Positions 13,100 through 24,888 of a stretch of DNA of 59,703 bases are shown in pieces. Made by a program: the position numbers and the translations under genes. Below the pieces are notes generated by a model. The model did no database searches, was not told where the DNA came from, and saw only the letters and a program-made list of their open reading frames with translations. The stretch is from Nemertoderma westbladi. Lineage: Eukaryota > Animalia > Xenacoelomorpha. The first letter of the stretch is position 1. Every line of letters starts with the position of its first letter. Location of the stretch: positions 1 to 59,703 of the forward strand of contig JAUCBJ010008904.1 in NCBI GenBank assembly GCA_032718475.1, in the 5' to 3' direction.

Positions 13100-13640
13100 C
13101 TTTGCTTTTGCTCACTGGGTACAGTAGGGCACTTTTGCTCACTTGGTACTACAGTAGGGTGATTTTTCCCACTGGGTACAGTAGGGCACTTTTGCTCACT
13201 GGGTACAGTAGGGCACTTTTGCTCACTTGGTACTGCAGTAAGGTGATTTTGCTCACTGGGTACAGTACGGCACTTTTGCTCACTTGGTACTACAGTAGGG
13301 TGATTTTGCTCACTGGGTACAGTAGGGCACTTTTGCTCACTTGGTACTACAGTAAGGTGATTTTGCTCACTGGGTACAGTAGGGCACTTTTGCTCACTTG
13401 GTACTACAGTAGGGTGATTTTGCTCACTGGGTACAGTAGGGCACTTTTGCTCACTTGGTACTACAGTAGGGTGATTTTGCTCACTGGGTACAGTAGGGCA
13501 CTTTTGCTCACTTGGTACTACAGTAGGGTGATTTTGCTCACTGGGTACAGTAGGGCACTTTTGCTCACTGGGTACAGTAGGGCACTTTTGCTCACTTGGT
13601 ACTACATTGGTACTACAACAGTAGGGTGATTTTGCTCACT
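13100..13640. repeat. Intronic minisatellite with a 57-bp higher-order unit (27-bp plus 30-bp related subunits)
   Basis: TTTTGCTCACTGGGTACAGTAGGGCAC alternating with TTTTGCTCACTTGGTACTACAGTAGGGTGA. Confidence 0.95.
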
Positions 13641-14276
13641 TTGTTTTGTAAAATTATTATTATCGGGAATTAATTAGTTACTAGGGTAAAGTTATTTAAA
13701 TTAATATAAAATTGGCATAAAAGTAGATTCCCCATATCCAATTCTAATAAAATATTTAATTAGTTTTACGTTTATTAATTGATTGAAATACAATGTTAGT
13801 TGGAACTATACGGATTATCATTTACGTTTGATGACTTTCTGCGCTTCTGTCTATGCCGCTAGAGGGCTCTAAATTCAACTTTTTTAGTTTTAAACGCTTT
13901 ATATGATTGTCTTAATAATTGGTTTACTTGAAACTTAAAAGCATGATTCAGTTAGGTTGTAAGCAATCCAACGAGGGGACAGTTTGTTGTTTAATACGTT
14001 ATTCGTCGTGGACCTTTGTGTGCGATATAGGTTATTTTTTTTTATTTATTTTTTTTATTCACATATTGGATCAACGTATAACGTTGGTACTTTATCACGA
14101 GCGATACTTAAGACATTCCGGACATAATATTTTTATTATAGTTTCGTTTCGGTCAATTGGATAACAAATTAATCTTTCGAATACTTTTTTATCGAATAAC
14201 TTTACTTTTTATTCTTATCTTTTTTTTGTTATTTTGTAATAATTATTATAGAACCAATATGTGTTTCTTCCTCTAG

Positions 14277-16031
14277 GAGTTTGCACGGTATCTCCGAATC
14301 TTCCCCTAAGTCGTGCCGTACTGTCCTCTGTGGTTCAAACTCGAAACTCATCCTGTTGCTACTCTACTGCCTCACCTACTTTATTCGCTCGTCGGAGGTT
14401 CGTGAAGTTTCATCGGAGCGATCGGAGTCGGTAAGGAATCACGTTGCGGACACCGACAACTGCGTCTACGTAACCAAGACGACGCGGGGACCCCCGGACG
14501 GGCTGTTGCCCCGGGTTACCGACGGTGTCGTTGACTCGGATTGCGATGCAGCGAGTTTGCGTCGCGACTCAGACAACTCCATCGGGTTACTTAGCAACCC
14601 GGACGGCCAATCCAGCGACTCGCTCGCGTCGATGTCATCTGGGGCGACACCCCGCTGGTTGCCTAGCGACCGCTCGGCGCGTCGGCGGTCGCTGCCTGTC
14701 AACGAGTTGTGGAGACGGGAATCCCCGGGCCCCCCGCGTCGGAAGCTGTTCCAGATCGGAACTCCGGAAAGTTCGGTTTTCGATTGGTCGGAACGTGACG
14801 CAAGTCCGGCACTCCGGTTAGACCGGGACGTCCGGTCTCCGGAACAGGTCGCCCGGAATCCGGACCGAGGCGTCCGGAATCCGGAACAGGTCACCCGGAA
14901 TCCGGACGTCCGGAAACCGGAACAGGTCGTCCGGAATCCAGAGCCGGATGTCAGGTATCCGGTCTATGATGTTCAGGGTCCGGACCCTGACGTCCGGTGT
15001 CCGGACCATGACGTCCGGTGTCCGGACCCTGACGCCCGGAGTCCGAACCATCCCCAGGGTTCGCCTCGTTCCAACCGGAAGGTTAGCGACTGTAGCGAAC
15101 CCGACGTGGTCCCCAATCTCCGTAGCGACTCGAGCACAGAAGAGCCGAGCCACCGATACCCCGACATCGTTGTAACGACGTACGGCGCATCCTGCGACCG
15201 ATCCCCATCCCGATCCCCAACCAGGGATCCCTCCGACCTCATACCCAGGTGGAAGCTACGTCATTGTGACGTCATGGATTCGGGGAGTTCCGACAGTACT
15301 TTTGTCGCTTCTCAGGAATTCGGAGCATTAAAGCCTGATCGGGTTTCCCCGGTAAAAAAATCATCACCGACGTCGGTCACTAATTCCAATGACCTTCTTA
15401 CCAAACAGCCAGGTGCCCTTAATAACCAGGCAGCCAATGTTACAGGTTTGCATGGCAACTGCAATGATTCAATTAAAGATGAAGTTTTACTTAACAACAG
15501 ACATAATGATCTACACGTTGAAGAATATCTATCTGTTACACAGGCGCTACAACATTTAACCCTCGACCAAAATGTGTTACCAACCACGAACCCTTCCACT
15601 AACCTCCCTTACACCACACTTCCATCCTCTACACTCCCCTCTTCCGCCCTCTCTACCACTACTCTTCCGTCTTCCTCCTTCTCTTCTCCCACCCTCCCTT
15701 CTCCCACCCTCCCATCTCCCACCTTCCCTTCTCCCACCCTATCTTCCCCCACCACCCCCCCTTCCCTATCGCACATTCCCCTCGCCCATTGTGAACTACC
15801 CACCGCACTCCCTACATCCCATCATTGGCTTCCCGACTACCCCCGCACTATGTGTGGTGGCCTCTCCCCTCACTACATACCTTCCCTCGTTCTCCAGGGC
15901 TGCAAGGAACTGCCCTCCTCCTTCCAGCACCGTCTCCACTCCGATCTCGAGGCAGACGTTGAGTTGTCTCTGAGCGATGGGAACATCCGATTGAACGACA
16001 GCGTTTCTATAGTCGCAGACCTCGATAACGG
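14277..16031 (+). CDS. FNIP1/2: FNIP homolog large exon (1755 nt): end of the middle domain, long disordered linker, start of the C-terminal DENN region
   Basis: ctctag|...|gtgagt, phase 2-2; RTVLCG..LLYCLTYFIRSSEV (FNIP LLYFLTYFIRCSEL) and GGLSPHYIPSLVLQG..SVSIVADLD (FNIP GGYCSSYVPDFVLQG..AVCIIADMD). Confidence 0.92.
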
Positions 16032-16689
16032 GTGAGTTTTATAGTTTGGAGGGTTGGTTTAACAGATTACAAATGGACTATGTAAATAATCGCCAGGTTG
16101 TCGACGGAACTCTAACTGAAATTCACTTGTTTTCTCTAACAATTTATCTGTACCCACCTTTTGGGATCGAAACGCAATCTGCTGTCTTTACAGCACTCTG
16201 GCTAACCCCCCTCTAGTGGGAGTGCTAACCATCCTACTTTTGGATCAAAACGTAACTAACTGGCCACTCAGCAGTCTCCTTGGCTACCCAATCAGGACGC
16301 TTTCTGAGAAGGTATTTAGGGTCTGCTCGCCACTTTATACTCACTTCCAAGGCGACAACCTGGTGCCTTGTGCAAACCCCTGCTGCACGATCTTCAGATT
16401 TAATTGCTTTCATCTTCTATTTCCTTATTATTCATCGAAATTAAATAAACTCAGTTATCGCTTTAACCCAAATTCAACTTTTTCACATTCAACTTCCACC
16501 ATATGAAACTTTTCACCTTCTACCTCTACTTTGGGGGCCATCACTCAGTTGCACTCCCTTCGGCAACTGGCGTTATTACTACATCGAAGGAATCTCTCTA
16601 CATCTCTTAACGCAAAGTTCGCCACAGACTAAGGATAATATAATATCCGGATCTATATCATGCGAATACTCTTGTTTTTTACTAGTTAA

Positions 16690-16975
16690 ATTAAAAAGTA
16701 AAAGTAAATTTACTTTGACCGTTAGACCAGCCTGACCATAGGTATTACGCACAAATTCTGACGACTTATTTCCAGTGCGGGCCCCCAGAACTTTACTCCA
16801 CAGAGGAAACTCCAGTACTTATTTAGCTACCACTAAGGATGCATGCAAGGCAGAAATGCGCCCTGGCCAGTCCCTTCAAAGCATTCGTGCCGAAACTAGA
16901 AAGACCTTGGCCCTTGTGAGGATCGAACCCACGACCTACGAGAGATGTGGATTCAATGCAACCACTACACCAAGG
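16690..16975 (-). mobile_element. tRNA-derived SINE
   Basis: Minus-strand A-box TGGTGTAGTGG and B-box GGTTCGATCC, ~200-nt body, (TTTAC)n-like tail. Confidence 0.7.
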
Positions 16976-17461
16976 TGGGACCAAAGTTGGCGGAAAGATT
17001 AATACGGCATGTCTACATGTTCCGGCTGGTTGTGCAAGATTGTACGATAATGCCTGTGTGCCTCGCGATTCGGGTAGATGTTATACCCTTGGCAATCTAA
17101 TGGACGTACCCTGCGGCACATACATGTCTTGAGGATTTTCTACATCCGTTCTTGGCATTCATGGTACACCATCAACTCAACTCACCAGGCTTTCTTGGTC
17201 GCAATAGAAGCTGCTATGGGAGACCCACGATGTATATAGTGAAGTTATCAGTGATATGATCGTTTGAGCAGTTTCTCAAAATTTGCTGGAGATTCTGCTG
17301 TTACTTTGGCAGTTGATTGTTTGGCTTCTACCCATGTGATTAATATATTATTCGCCATGTCTCCATGTTGCCTTCTTTTAAACAAACGTGACATCTTTTT
17401 ATTTTGTTATATACCTGTAATGTTACATATATTTAATTATATATTTGGCAATTAATTCCAG

Positions 17462-17579
17462 CTGTGTGGCTCTTCACTCCTCCTGTGGGTCAGTGGATGA
17501 CGTCACCCCGTCTCTGTTGGTAACCAGCCTTATAGACTCGATTCGCTCGCTATACAGGCTTCGATTGCCGTCCCAGTTT
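17462..17579 (+). CDS. FNIP1/2: FNIP homolog exon (C-terminal domain)
   Basis: ttccag|...|gtgagt; PSLLVTSLIDSIRSLYRLRLPSQF resembles FNIP [24 protein letters not shown]; phase 2-0. Confidence 0.9.
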
Positions 17580-17749
17580 GTGAGTATCGTTGATTATAGT
17601 GTAAAACCGCTACTAATCATAAAAGCTACAGGTTTTTAATCATAATATAAAGTTGCACTGTTAATAGAATATCATAAACTGTAGATAAACTATAGATTAA
17701 TTTTATGAAAAGGGTTCTGTGGAGACGCCGTAACTCAGCAGCAGGTAAG

Positions 17750-19115
17750 CTAGAATATGAACGTGTTGCACAGCTCACCTCAAAGGCGGCCCATCGTGTC
17801 ACCTGCACGCGTGAAACAAAGTTATTAAATTCTGGTGTTAGAAATATAATATTTAGTTATATTAGTTCTCACCGACGGGATTAAACTGGTACTGGTCCCT
17901 TGAAGTACAAGGGTGACACAGTGGTTGGCGATAAAATTAAAGCGAAGATTTTTTCAGTGGTTCTCGCTGAAAATTATACTGAGGATAGCGGACATGTTCC
18001 TACTTTTCATCGTAAAGTACCTAGTAATGTTTCCCTATACATTTTTCACCTGTGAATATTTTAGCAGTTCTCAATAAAATTGCTGATAAGAAAAGTAGAA
18101 CTCCAGACAACTTACCTAGAATTATTTTTTCGCGTTTATATCTGCTTGGCTGCCCCACTATCTGTGCTTTTTAATGTTTCCTTTAACACACACGCACTTC
18201 CTTCAATTGGGCTTTTGGCGATTGTTGTACCTCTTTACAAAAAAACGCGATGCTTGCAATCCCTATAATTACAGACCTACACTATCTCACTCACATGTAT
18301 AGCATGTAAAATTATGGAAATGTGTGTGAAAAATGTCATAATTTGATATCCAAGGTCCAGCCACGGTTTTCTAGAACGTAAATCTACGTACAGTCAATTA
18401 CTACACAGTGTATTAATGTTTGCTACAATATTAACTGGCAATCTCGTCAGACTTTGCCATAGCCTTCCATAGTTGTGTCCACTCTAAAATATTATGTAAG
18501 CTTTCTGCTTGGGATATCGGGAGACTTATTAGTTTGGCTGGGTGCCTTTTTCTCAGATCGAAGCCAACGCGTGCTCGTTGGAAATGAATTCTCTCCTAAG
18601 ACGAGAGTTATATCTGGCACGGTACAGGGCAGTGTTCTGGGCCCAACAATATTCTTACTTTTTATAAATGATCTTCCCGATATCCTTGATGCAGTCTCTG
18701 TTAAACTTTTCGCAGATGATGTAAAATTGTACTCCAATTCTCCTGATCACAATAAACTAACTCTTGCCCTCGCAACACTAAATAAGTGGGCCCGCGAGTG
18801 GCAGCTTACTATTGCTGCACACAAAATATGTGCTGTTATTCAGGTTATAATATTATGCGGTGTTCTTACAAATTAAACGATTCAGTTATCATTTGGGACA
18901 ATTCGTGTAGTTATTTAGGACTAATCGTCCAGAATGACCTCAAATTTCATCAATACTGCAAAAAACAAGCCGCCAAGGCTTATAGAATAATAAATATGCT
19001 GTTTCGCATTATTAAGACTTGTGATCTAAACGCTTTATTAGTAGTTGTGCGCCCTCTATTGGAGTACTGCTCTCCAATATGGTCACCTTACCTCAAGCGC
19101 AGTATTGATCTAATC
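17750..19115 (+). mobile_element. Heavily decayed CR1-group LINE RT fragment
   Basis: LAAPLSVLFN, SDRSQRV, SGTVQGSVLGPTIFLLFINDLP, LFADDVKLY, RPLLEYCSPIWSPY spread across several frames. Confidence 0.85.
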
Positions 19116-19227
19116 GGTTTTCTTTTTTTATTAATTATTATTTTTATCTCAGTGTGGTCCCGATAGGATCACTTTATGCTTTCTTCTATTATCAATAATT
19201 GGGCCTTTTAAAATATTTTTACTTTTG

Positions 19228-19560
19228 TGGCCCCCATAAGTGCCCCGGAGCCTGGGTGGTTCCTGGGTCGTTCCTGGGTGGTTCCTGGGTGGTTGTGGCC
19301 CCTATAAGTGCCCCGGAGCCTGGGTGGTTCCTGGGTGGTTCCTGGGTGGTTGTGGCCCCCATAAGTGCCCCGGAGCCTGGGTGGTTCCTGGGTGGTTCCT
19401 GGGTGGTTGTGGCCCCTATAAGTGCCCCGGAGCCTGGGTGGTTCCTGGGTGGTTCCTGGGTGGTTGTGGCCCCCATAAGTGCCCCGGAGCCTGGGTGGTT
19501 CCTGGGTGGTTCCTGGGTGGTTGTGGCCCCCATAAGTGCCCCGGAGCCTGGGTGGTTCCT
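19228..19560. repeat. G-rich 57-bp minisatellite, ~6 units, with an internal 11-bp CCTGGGTGGTT subrepeat
   Basis: Directly visible; produces stop-free repeat ORFs in several frames. Confidence 0.95.
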
Positions 19561-20015
19561 CTCCGCGGTTGTCTTAATTTGTTTCGTTTTTATGTTTTGT
19601 TTTAATTTGATTTTATCATAATAATATCGCCTAATATAATAATAATAATAATAATAATAAAGTTACAGTACACGTCTACTAATGATAGCAGTAACATATA
19701 TATTAACATGCAGAAACATAACGTATTATTGTAACTTTTTGATAGGGGTGGGGGGGGGGGGGGGGGGGGGGCTTCCCTCACAATAAAAATAATGAGATTG
19801 GTTTTGCGTTAAGTCCCCCCCCCCCCCCCCCCCCCCCTCACTAATATACATATTATGAAATGTAAATATCATGGCTTTTACGAAAACACCACATCTTCTT
19901 TCTTTTGAAGTATATTATATAGTTTAAATTCTCCCATGATCTTATCATATATACCAACCAATATATCGCATACAACATTGTCTGTAACTCTATCAGAAAT
20001 ATGTTTACATTGTTA

Positions 20016-20924
20016 TTATTTAAATATTCTCAATATCAACCTTGCGCAACTTATTAATATATTTACAAACTCCGTTAAAAGCTTTGCAATTTCAGTTGAG
20101 GTTGTTGATTCAATTGTGTTTGCAGATTTGAGGGTAGTTGCAGTTTCTGTGGTAGTTGTAGGAACGGTGGTAGTTGTAGTTGCATGTTCGGTGGTAGCTG
20201 TAGGTTCGGCGGTAGTTGCAGTTTCTGTGGTAGTTGTAGGATCGGTGGTAGTTGTAGTTGCAGGTTTGACGGTAGTTGCAGTTGTTGTATGTTTAACGGT
20301 AATTGTAGGTTTAGTTGTAGTTTTATATTTTGTAGTTGTAGGTTTGACGGTAGTTGTAGGTTTGACGGTAGTTGTAGGTTTGACGGTAGTTGTAGGTTTG
20401 ACGGTAGTTGTAGGTTTGACGGTAGTTGTAGTTTTATATTTTGTAGTTGTAGGTTTGACGGTAGTTGTAGGTTTGACGGTAGTTGCAGGTTTGACGGTAG
20501 TTGCAGGTTCGGTGGTAGTTGTAGGTTCATTTATAAGATTATCTTCAGTACATTTACGCAGCAACGAATTTTGACCTAAATCATTGTCATAATTGTAAAA
20601 ACAGTAAAAAGTATCACCCACATATTCCTCCGGTACTGAGTCTACTGTGAAAGTAATAATATAGTTCTCATCTGTCGCTGACCCTTTATCCAAATCATTG
20701 TTCAAACCGTCACGGCTATATCTCATAAACCAGTCGTCATGGTAATAAGTCCATAGACCAACATCTATATAATCATCTTCACTATACAAAGAACTGTAAT
20801 CGCAGGTGATTTTTACCTCATCACCTTCCAATAAACAGTTATTTCTTACTTTAGGATATATCACCTCCGAATAACAACTTCCAAACAATAAAACAAGGTT
20901 AACAAAGAACAATATTCGTTTCAT
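20016..20924 (-). CDS. Intronless predicted secreted or surface protein: signal peptide, Ig-like domain, Thr/Pro-rich mucin stalk; nested antisense in an FNIP intron
   Basis: ATG start; MKRILFFVNLVLLFGSCYS signal peptide; GDEVKITC...W...ITFTVDSV.EE..G..FYC Ig pattern; 18-bp repeats coding PTTTVK. Confidence 0.72.
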   Translation of the reverse strand: MKRILFFVNLVLLFGSCYSEVIYPKVRNNCLLEGDEVKITCDYSSLYSEDDYIDVGLWTYYHDDWFMRYSRDGLNNDLDKGSATDENYIITFTVDSVPEEYVGDTFYCFYNYDNDLGQNSLLRKCTEDNLINEPTTTTEPATTVKPATTVKPTTTVKPTTTKYKTTTTVKPTTTVKPTTTVKPTTTVKPTTTVKPTTTKYKTTTKPTITVKHTTTATTVKPATTTTTDPTTTTETATTAEPTATTEHATTTTTVPTTTTETATTLKSANTIESTTSTEIAKLLTEFVNILISCARLILRIFK

Positions 20925-21050
20925 AGTTATTAATTACACAATATTTCTTTATCTATCTGTATGTTTTATTTTGCAAAAATGTATCATAAGCGAAAATCTG
21001 TAAAAACATTTCTCTATTCCGTTTCCTCACATCGATTACTAACATCGCTG

Positions 21051-21111
21051 TATATATAATGTACGTGTATAGGTGCACTCTAGTCGCTTGCGGGTATTTG
21101 TCACTGATTGG
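21051..21111 (-). promoter_or_regulatory. Candidate CCAAT and TATA promoter of the Ig-mucin ORF
   Basis: Minus-strand GACCAATCAG about 55 nt upstream of TATATATA, which lies ~125 nt upstream of the ATG. Confidence 0.3.
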
Positions 21112-21447
21112 TCTGTTGTGGTAGTTTGCAGATATCTTGATATTAAAAGACTCACTAATTATATCTATGTTACTTTTTTGGAATATAATAAAACCGTCAT
21201 GAATAATATAAAACGGCCTTTATAAATAATATACTCTATAAAATGTAGTGTTCCTGCCCTGCAGTCAGGGAATTTATTCAATAACTCAGGGAAATGTCAC
21301 GGATAAGTAAGGGAAATTGAAACTGAAAAAGTGTTCCAACCCTGTTCATATTAATAGTGATTAATATTGCACTACTACCTACCATGTTGTTGTATAGCTA
21401 CCATGGAAACTAGGACTACGTACTAAACTATGGCAGCCGTACACCCC

Positions 21448-21485
21448 CATGGCCTACTATATTTATATAAATATAGTAGGCCATG
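21448..21485. mobile_element. 38-bp perfect-palindrome insertion (TIR-only, P-element-like)
   Basis: CATGGCCTACTATATTTATATAAATATAGTAGGCCATG flanked by a 7-bp duplication ACACCCC. Confidence 0.8.
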
Positions 21486-21646
21486 ACACCCCTCACAACA
21501 TTTTTGATACTAGCTAAGTTTTGCTAAATTTTCTTTTGACAGTGCTCTAGAACATGTTAGCTATTAATTAAAAAAAGAATGTTCTAGAACAAATATTTTT
21601 TGTTCTAGAACATTTTATTCGAAAAAAATCGGATTGTATTTAAATA

Positions 21647-22356
21647 CACATGTCCCGTAATATAGTGTCATTTTCTGATGACACGGACCCCCCCTCCCCC
21701 CCCCCCCCCCCAGATTTTTCTACGAATTTTTGAAATTTGAAACACAACTAGTTCCACTCACCGTCGATGACCCCATGAAGCCGGAATTTTCGATTTTGCC
21801 TTTAATTTTTTTATAAGATTTTTAAAAAAGTGTCTTTTGCGAAATTGCACCCTCCGTGTCGTGGCCATTCTTCACTTTGGTCGTAATCTCACTCACATCA
21901 ATAGAAAGCTTGCCTTGCAAGGATTCCAAATATGTAACAATATCTGAATTTCATTGAGAAACAGCTGAGATATAGGCGTTCAAAGATTGTAAGATATATC
22001 GTTCGCTGAAGGCCATTTATTCTATTTAAGGAGGGGTGGGGGGGGGGGGGGGGGGGTATTCTAATTTTGGTCAAAATTTCTGATTTTTTATTTTTACTTC
22101 ATCTAAAGCAGAATTTAATGAGGATTTCAAATCTGAAAGATTAATTAAGATTAAAGAAAGATTAAAGAGATCTAATATACTTCTCTAGTTATAGCTGATT
22201 TTATATCTGTCTGTCGGTATGTCTGTCTAATCAAAATTTGATAACGCAATATCAGTTTGTCCGTAAAAGTCTAAGAAAGCCAACAGTTTTGTTTTATTCC
22301 TATTTACTGTAATTTAATTCGGTAATTTAATCTCCCAAGTCAATTTTACTAAGTCT

Positions 22357-22396
<40 letters not shown>

Positions 22397-24698
22397 CACC
22401 AGATTTAACCTAAAATTAGAACTGACATCGGAAATGAAATCACCGACCTCAAAATCACCAATTTTAGCGAAATTATTTTTTATGTCATGTGTTTTACTAA
22501 AATATGATTGACAAACTAACACATTGACGGACATTGTGACAGACAGACAGACAGACAGACAGATTAGATTTTGCCACAGCATGAAAACTAATATCTGAAA
22601 TGAAATCACCTACCTCAAAAACCCCCAAGATAAAATTCCAGCTGTTTGCCTCTGTAATTGTTATTAAGAGTCATAAATTACCATTTTAATTATTACACAG
22701 TCAGATAGATCATTTTCAATTTTGCGCGGGAAGGTTTAAAAACTGGATATGCATTTTACTCAAGGTGTACTAAATAAAAGGTCATGCAGCGAGCGGATTG
22801 CTGAAATTAGCGGAGGCCGATCTTTTCCCTATTTATGGCACTTTTTTCATAATATTTCCTTAGAAACTTCTTTTGTGCTACTTTGGTTAGGTGGATATGA
22901 TGACTAGGATTCATAGCAATGTAATAAAATGGGTTTCTGGAATTTTTATCTTGTAGTTACCAAGGTAACCGGGTGCAAAGTTCAAATTTCGAGCGTCTGT
23001 AATTCAAAACGACAAGGGATTCTTCCCTTGAGATTTGGTATATGAGTAAAGGGAATAAAAGTCTATCAAATTATTTTACATTTTAATTTTTTTTCAATCC
23101 CGTTTCCATGGTGACGGAAATGACGATAATTTCCCATTATGACCGCCAGATAGAAAGTGGGCTACTATTTACTACTTATATAATTTTTAACATGCATGCC
23201 TGGTGGCTGTCCTTTATTTCTAATAATTGCTAACCGAAATGTAATATTCTGGAATGTCAAAATCATGCTATCACAGGTCTTGCTCTCTGATTGGACAGTT
23301 TAGTTTATTTGCAAATATTGACTTTTAGAAATATGATTCACAATTGACGAATTATAAAATAAAATGTTGGCAATTTTAACTTATTATTTAGACTGACAAA
23401 CCGAATAAAAATGGTGTTCTATAGAATTTGTAGACAATTTTTAAAATTTTTCATTTCTACTTATTTCCATGGCAATGGGAATGTAAACAAATTCAAATGT
23501 AAAATATTTTGATAGACTTTTATTCCCTTTACTCACCTACCAAATCTCAAGAACAGAATCCATTGTCGCCTTGAAATACAGGCGCGCAAAGTTTGAACTT
23601 TGTGCCCGGTTACCTTGGCAACTACAAGATAAAAATTCCAGAGAGACTGTTTATTACATTTCTATGAATCCTAGTCATCATATCCACCTAACCAAAGAAG
23701 CACAAAAGAAGTTTCTAAGGAAATATTATGAAAAAAGTGCCATAAATAGGGAAACGATCGGCCTCCGCTAATTTCAGCAATCCGCTCGCTGCATGACCTG
23801 TTATTTAGTACACCTTGATTTTACTGGACTTTATTATTTCTCGATTTTAGGATTTTCTAAATTTTTCAAAATGCTACTCCTCCGCCATTTCTCAATGGAT
23901 TTTGATTCTGTTTTTTTTGTTCTGCTCATAAACTCAATAACAATATAACGCTTTGTGACAGAATTTCGAAATTCGACTTTGTTCTCATTTTATAACCAAA
24001 CATGTAGTCATATGTATGAAAAATTCTCTCAAGTCAATTTTCTAACTTTTGAATTACAGAAATAAAAAACAGAAACTACAGAAATGGAAAGCCCATTTTG
24101 TTTCCTTTTACTCCATATATAGTTTTGCTAGCATCAATTTACGTTTTTATAGTGAATATGAAGCTTTTTCCAACGAGAACGTATTTCACAATATTCAAGA
24201 ACGTATTTTATGACTTGGTTGGCAACAGCGGAATGCCTATCCAATAGATCTATTGTGTAGCTCTTCATACTTAAAACAAATGTTCTAGAACATCGTGTAT
24301 TTATTAAATAGAATAAAGGGCCTACAGCAAACAATAATTCTTGCAATCTTTGAACGCTTATATCTCAGGGGTTTCTCAACGAAATTCAGATATTGTTACA
24401 TATTTCGAATCCTTGCAATGCAAGCTTTCTAATGATATGAAAAAATTACGACTAATGTGAAGAATGGCCACGATACAGAAGGTGCGATTTCGCAAAATAC
24501 ACTTTTTTAAAACTCATAAAAAAATTAAAGGCAAAATCAAAAATTCCGGCTTCATGGGGTCATCGACGGTGAGTGGAACTAGTTGTGTTTTACATTTCAA
24601 GCAATATGATAAAGATTTGTAGAAAAATCTGGGGGGGGGGGGGGGGGGGGGGTGGTTCCGTGTCATCAGACAATGACACTATATTACGGTTCATGGTG
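21647..24698. mobile_element. Long-TIR non-autonomous element, possibly Transib-like
   Basis: ~340-bp imperfect inverted arms (21647-21990 and 24345-24698), CAC...GTG ends, near-matching 5-bp flanks AAATA/TAATA, internal (GACA)n tracts. Confidence 0.65.
22761..23817. mobile_element. Foldback-type non-autonomous element (P-superfamily-like), copy 1
   Basis: Termini CAAGGTGTACTAAATAA, ~300-bp or longer inverted arms, 8-bp TSD ATTTTACT. Confidence 0.88.
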
Positions 24699-24888
24699 TA
24701 ATATAATATAATAATATCGAAATTACTTTTTTGTTGTAAAATATTGTTGATAGTTGATATGGTGATTTGTATTCCTTCTAGAACATTATAAAAAAATAAT
24801 ATACGATGATTTAAATGATTTATATTTGATGTTATACGATTTTCTAGCTAGATATGTCTGAACATCAAAATACATACTGTATAAAAAT

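Noticed and set aside
13081-13629. 182-aa hydrophobic repeat ORF
   Set aside because: Translation of a 57-bp minisatellite inside an FNIP intron, with a non-ATG start
19199-19621. Three overlapping repeat ORFs
   Set aside because: Stop-free frames of a 57-bp minisatellite; the unit length shared with the 13.1-kb array looks coincidental because the sequences are unrelated
19936-20579. Val-rich, Cys-rich and Leu/Gln-rich ORFs
   Set aside because: Shadow frames of the mucin repeat of ORF 20016-20924
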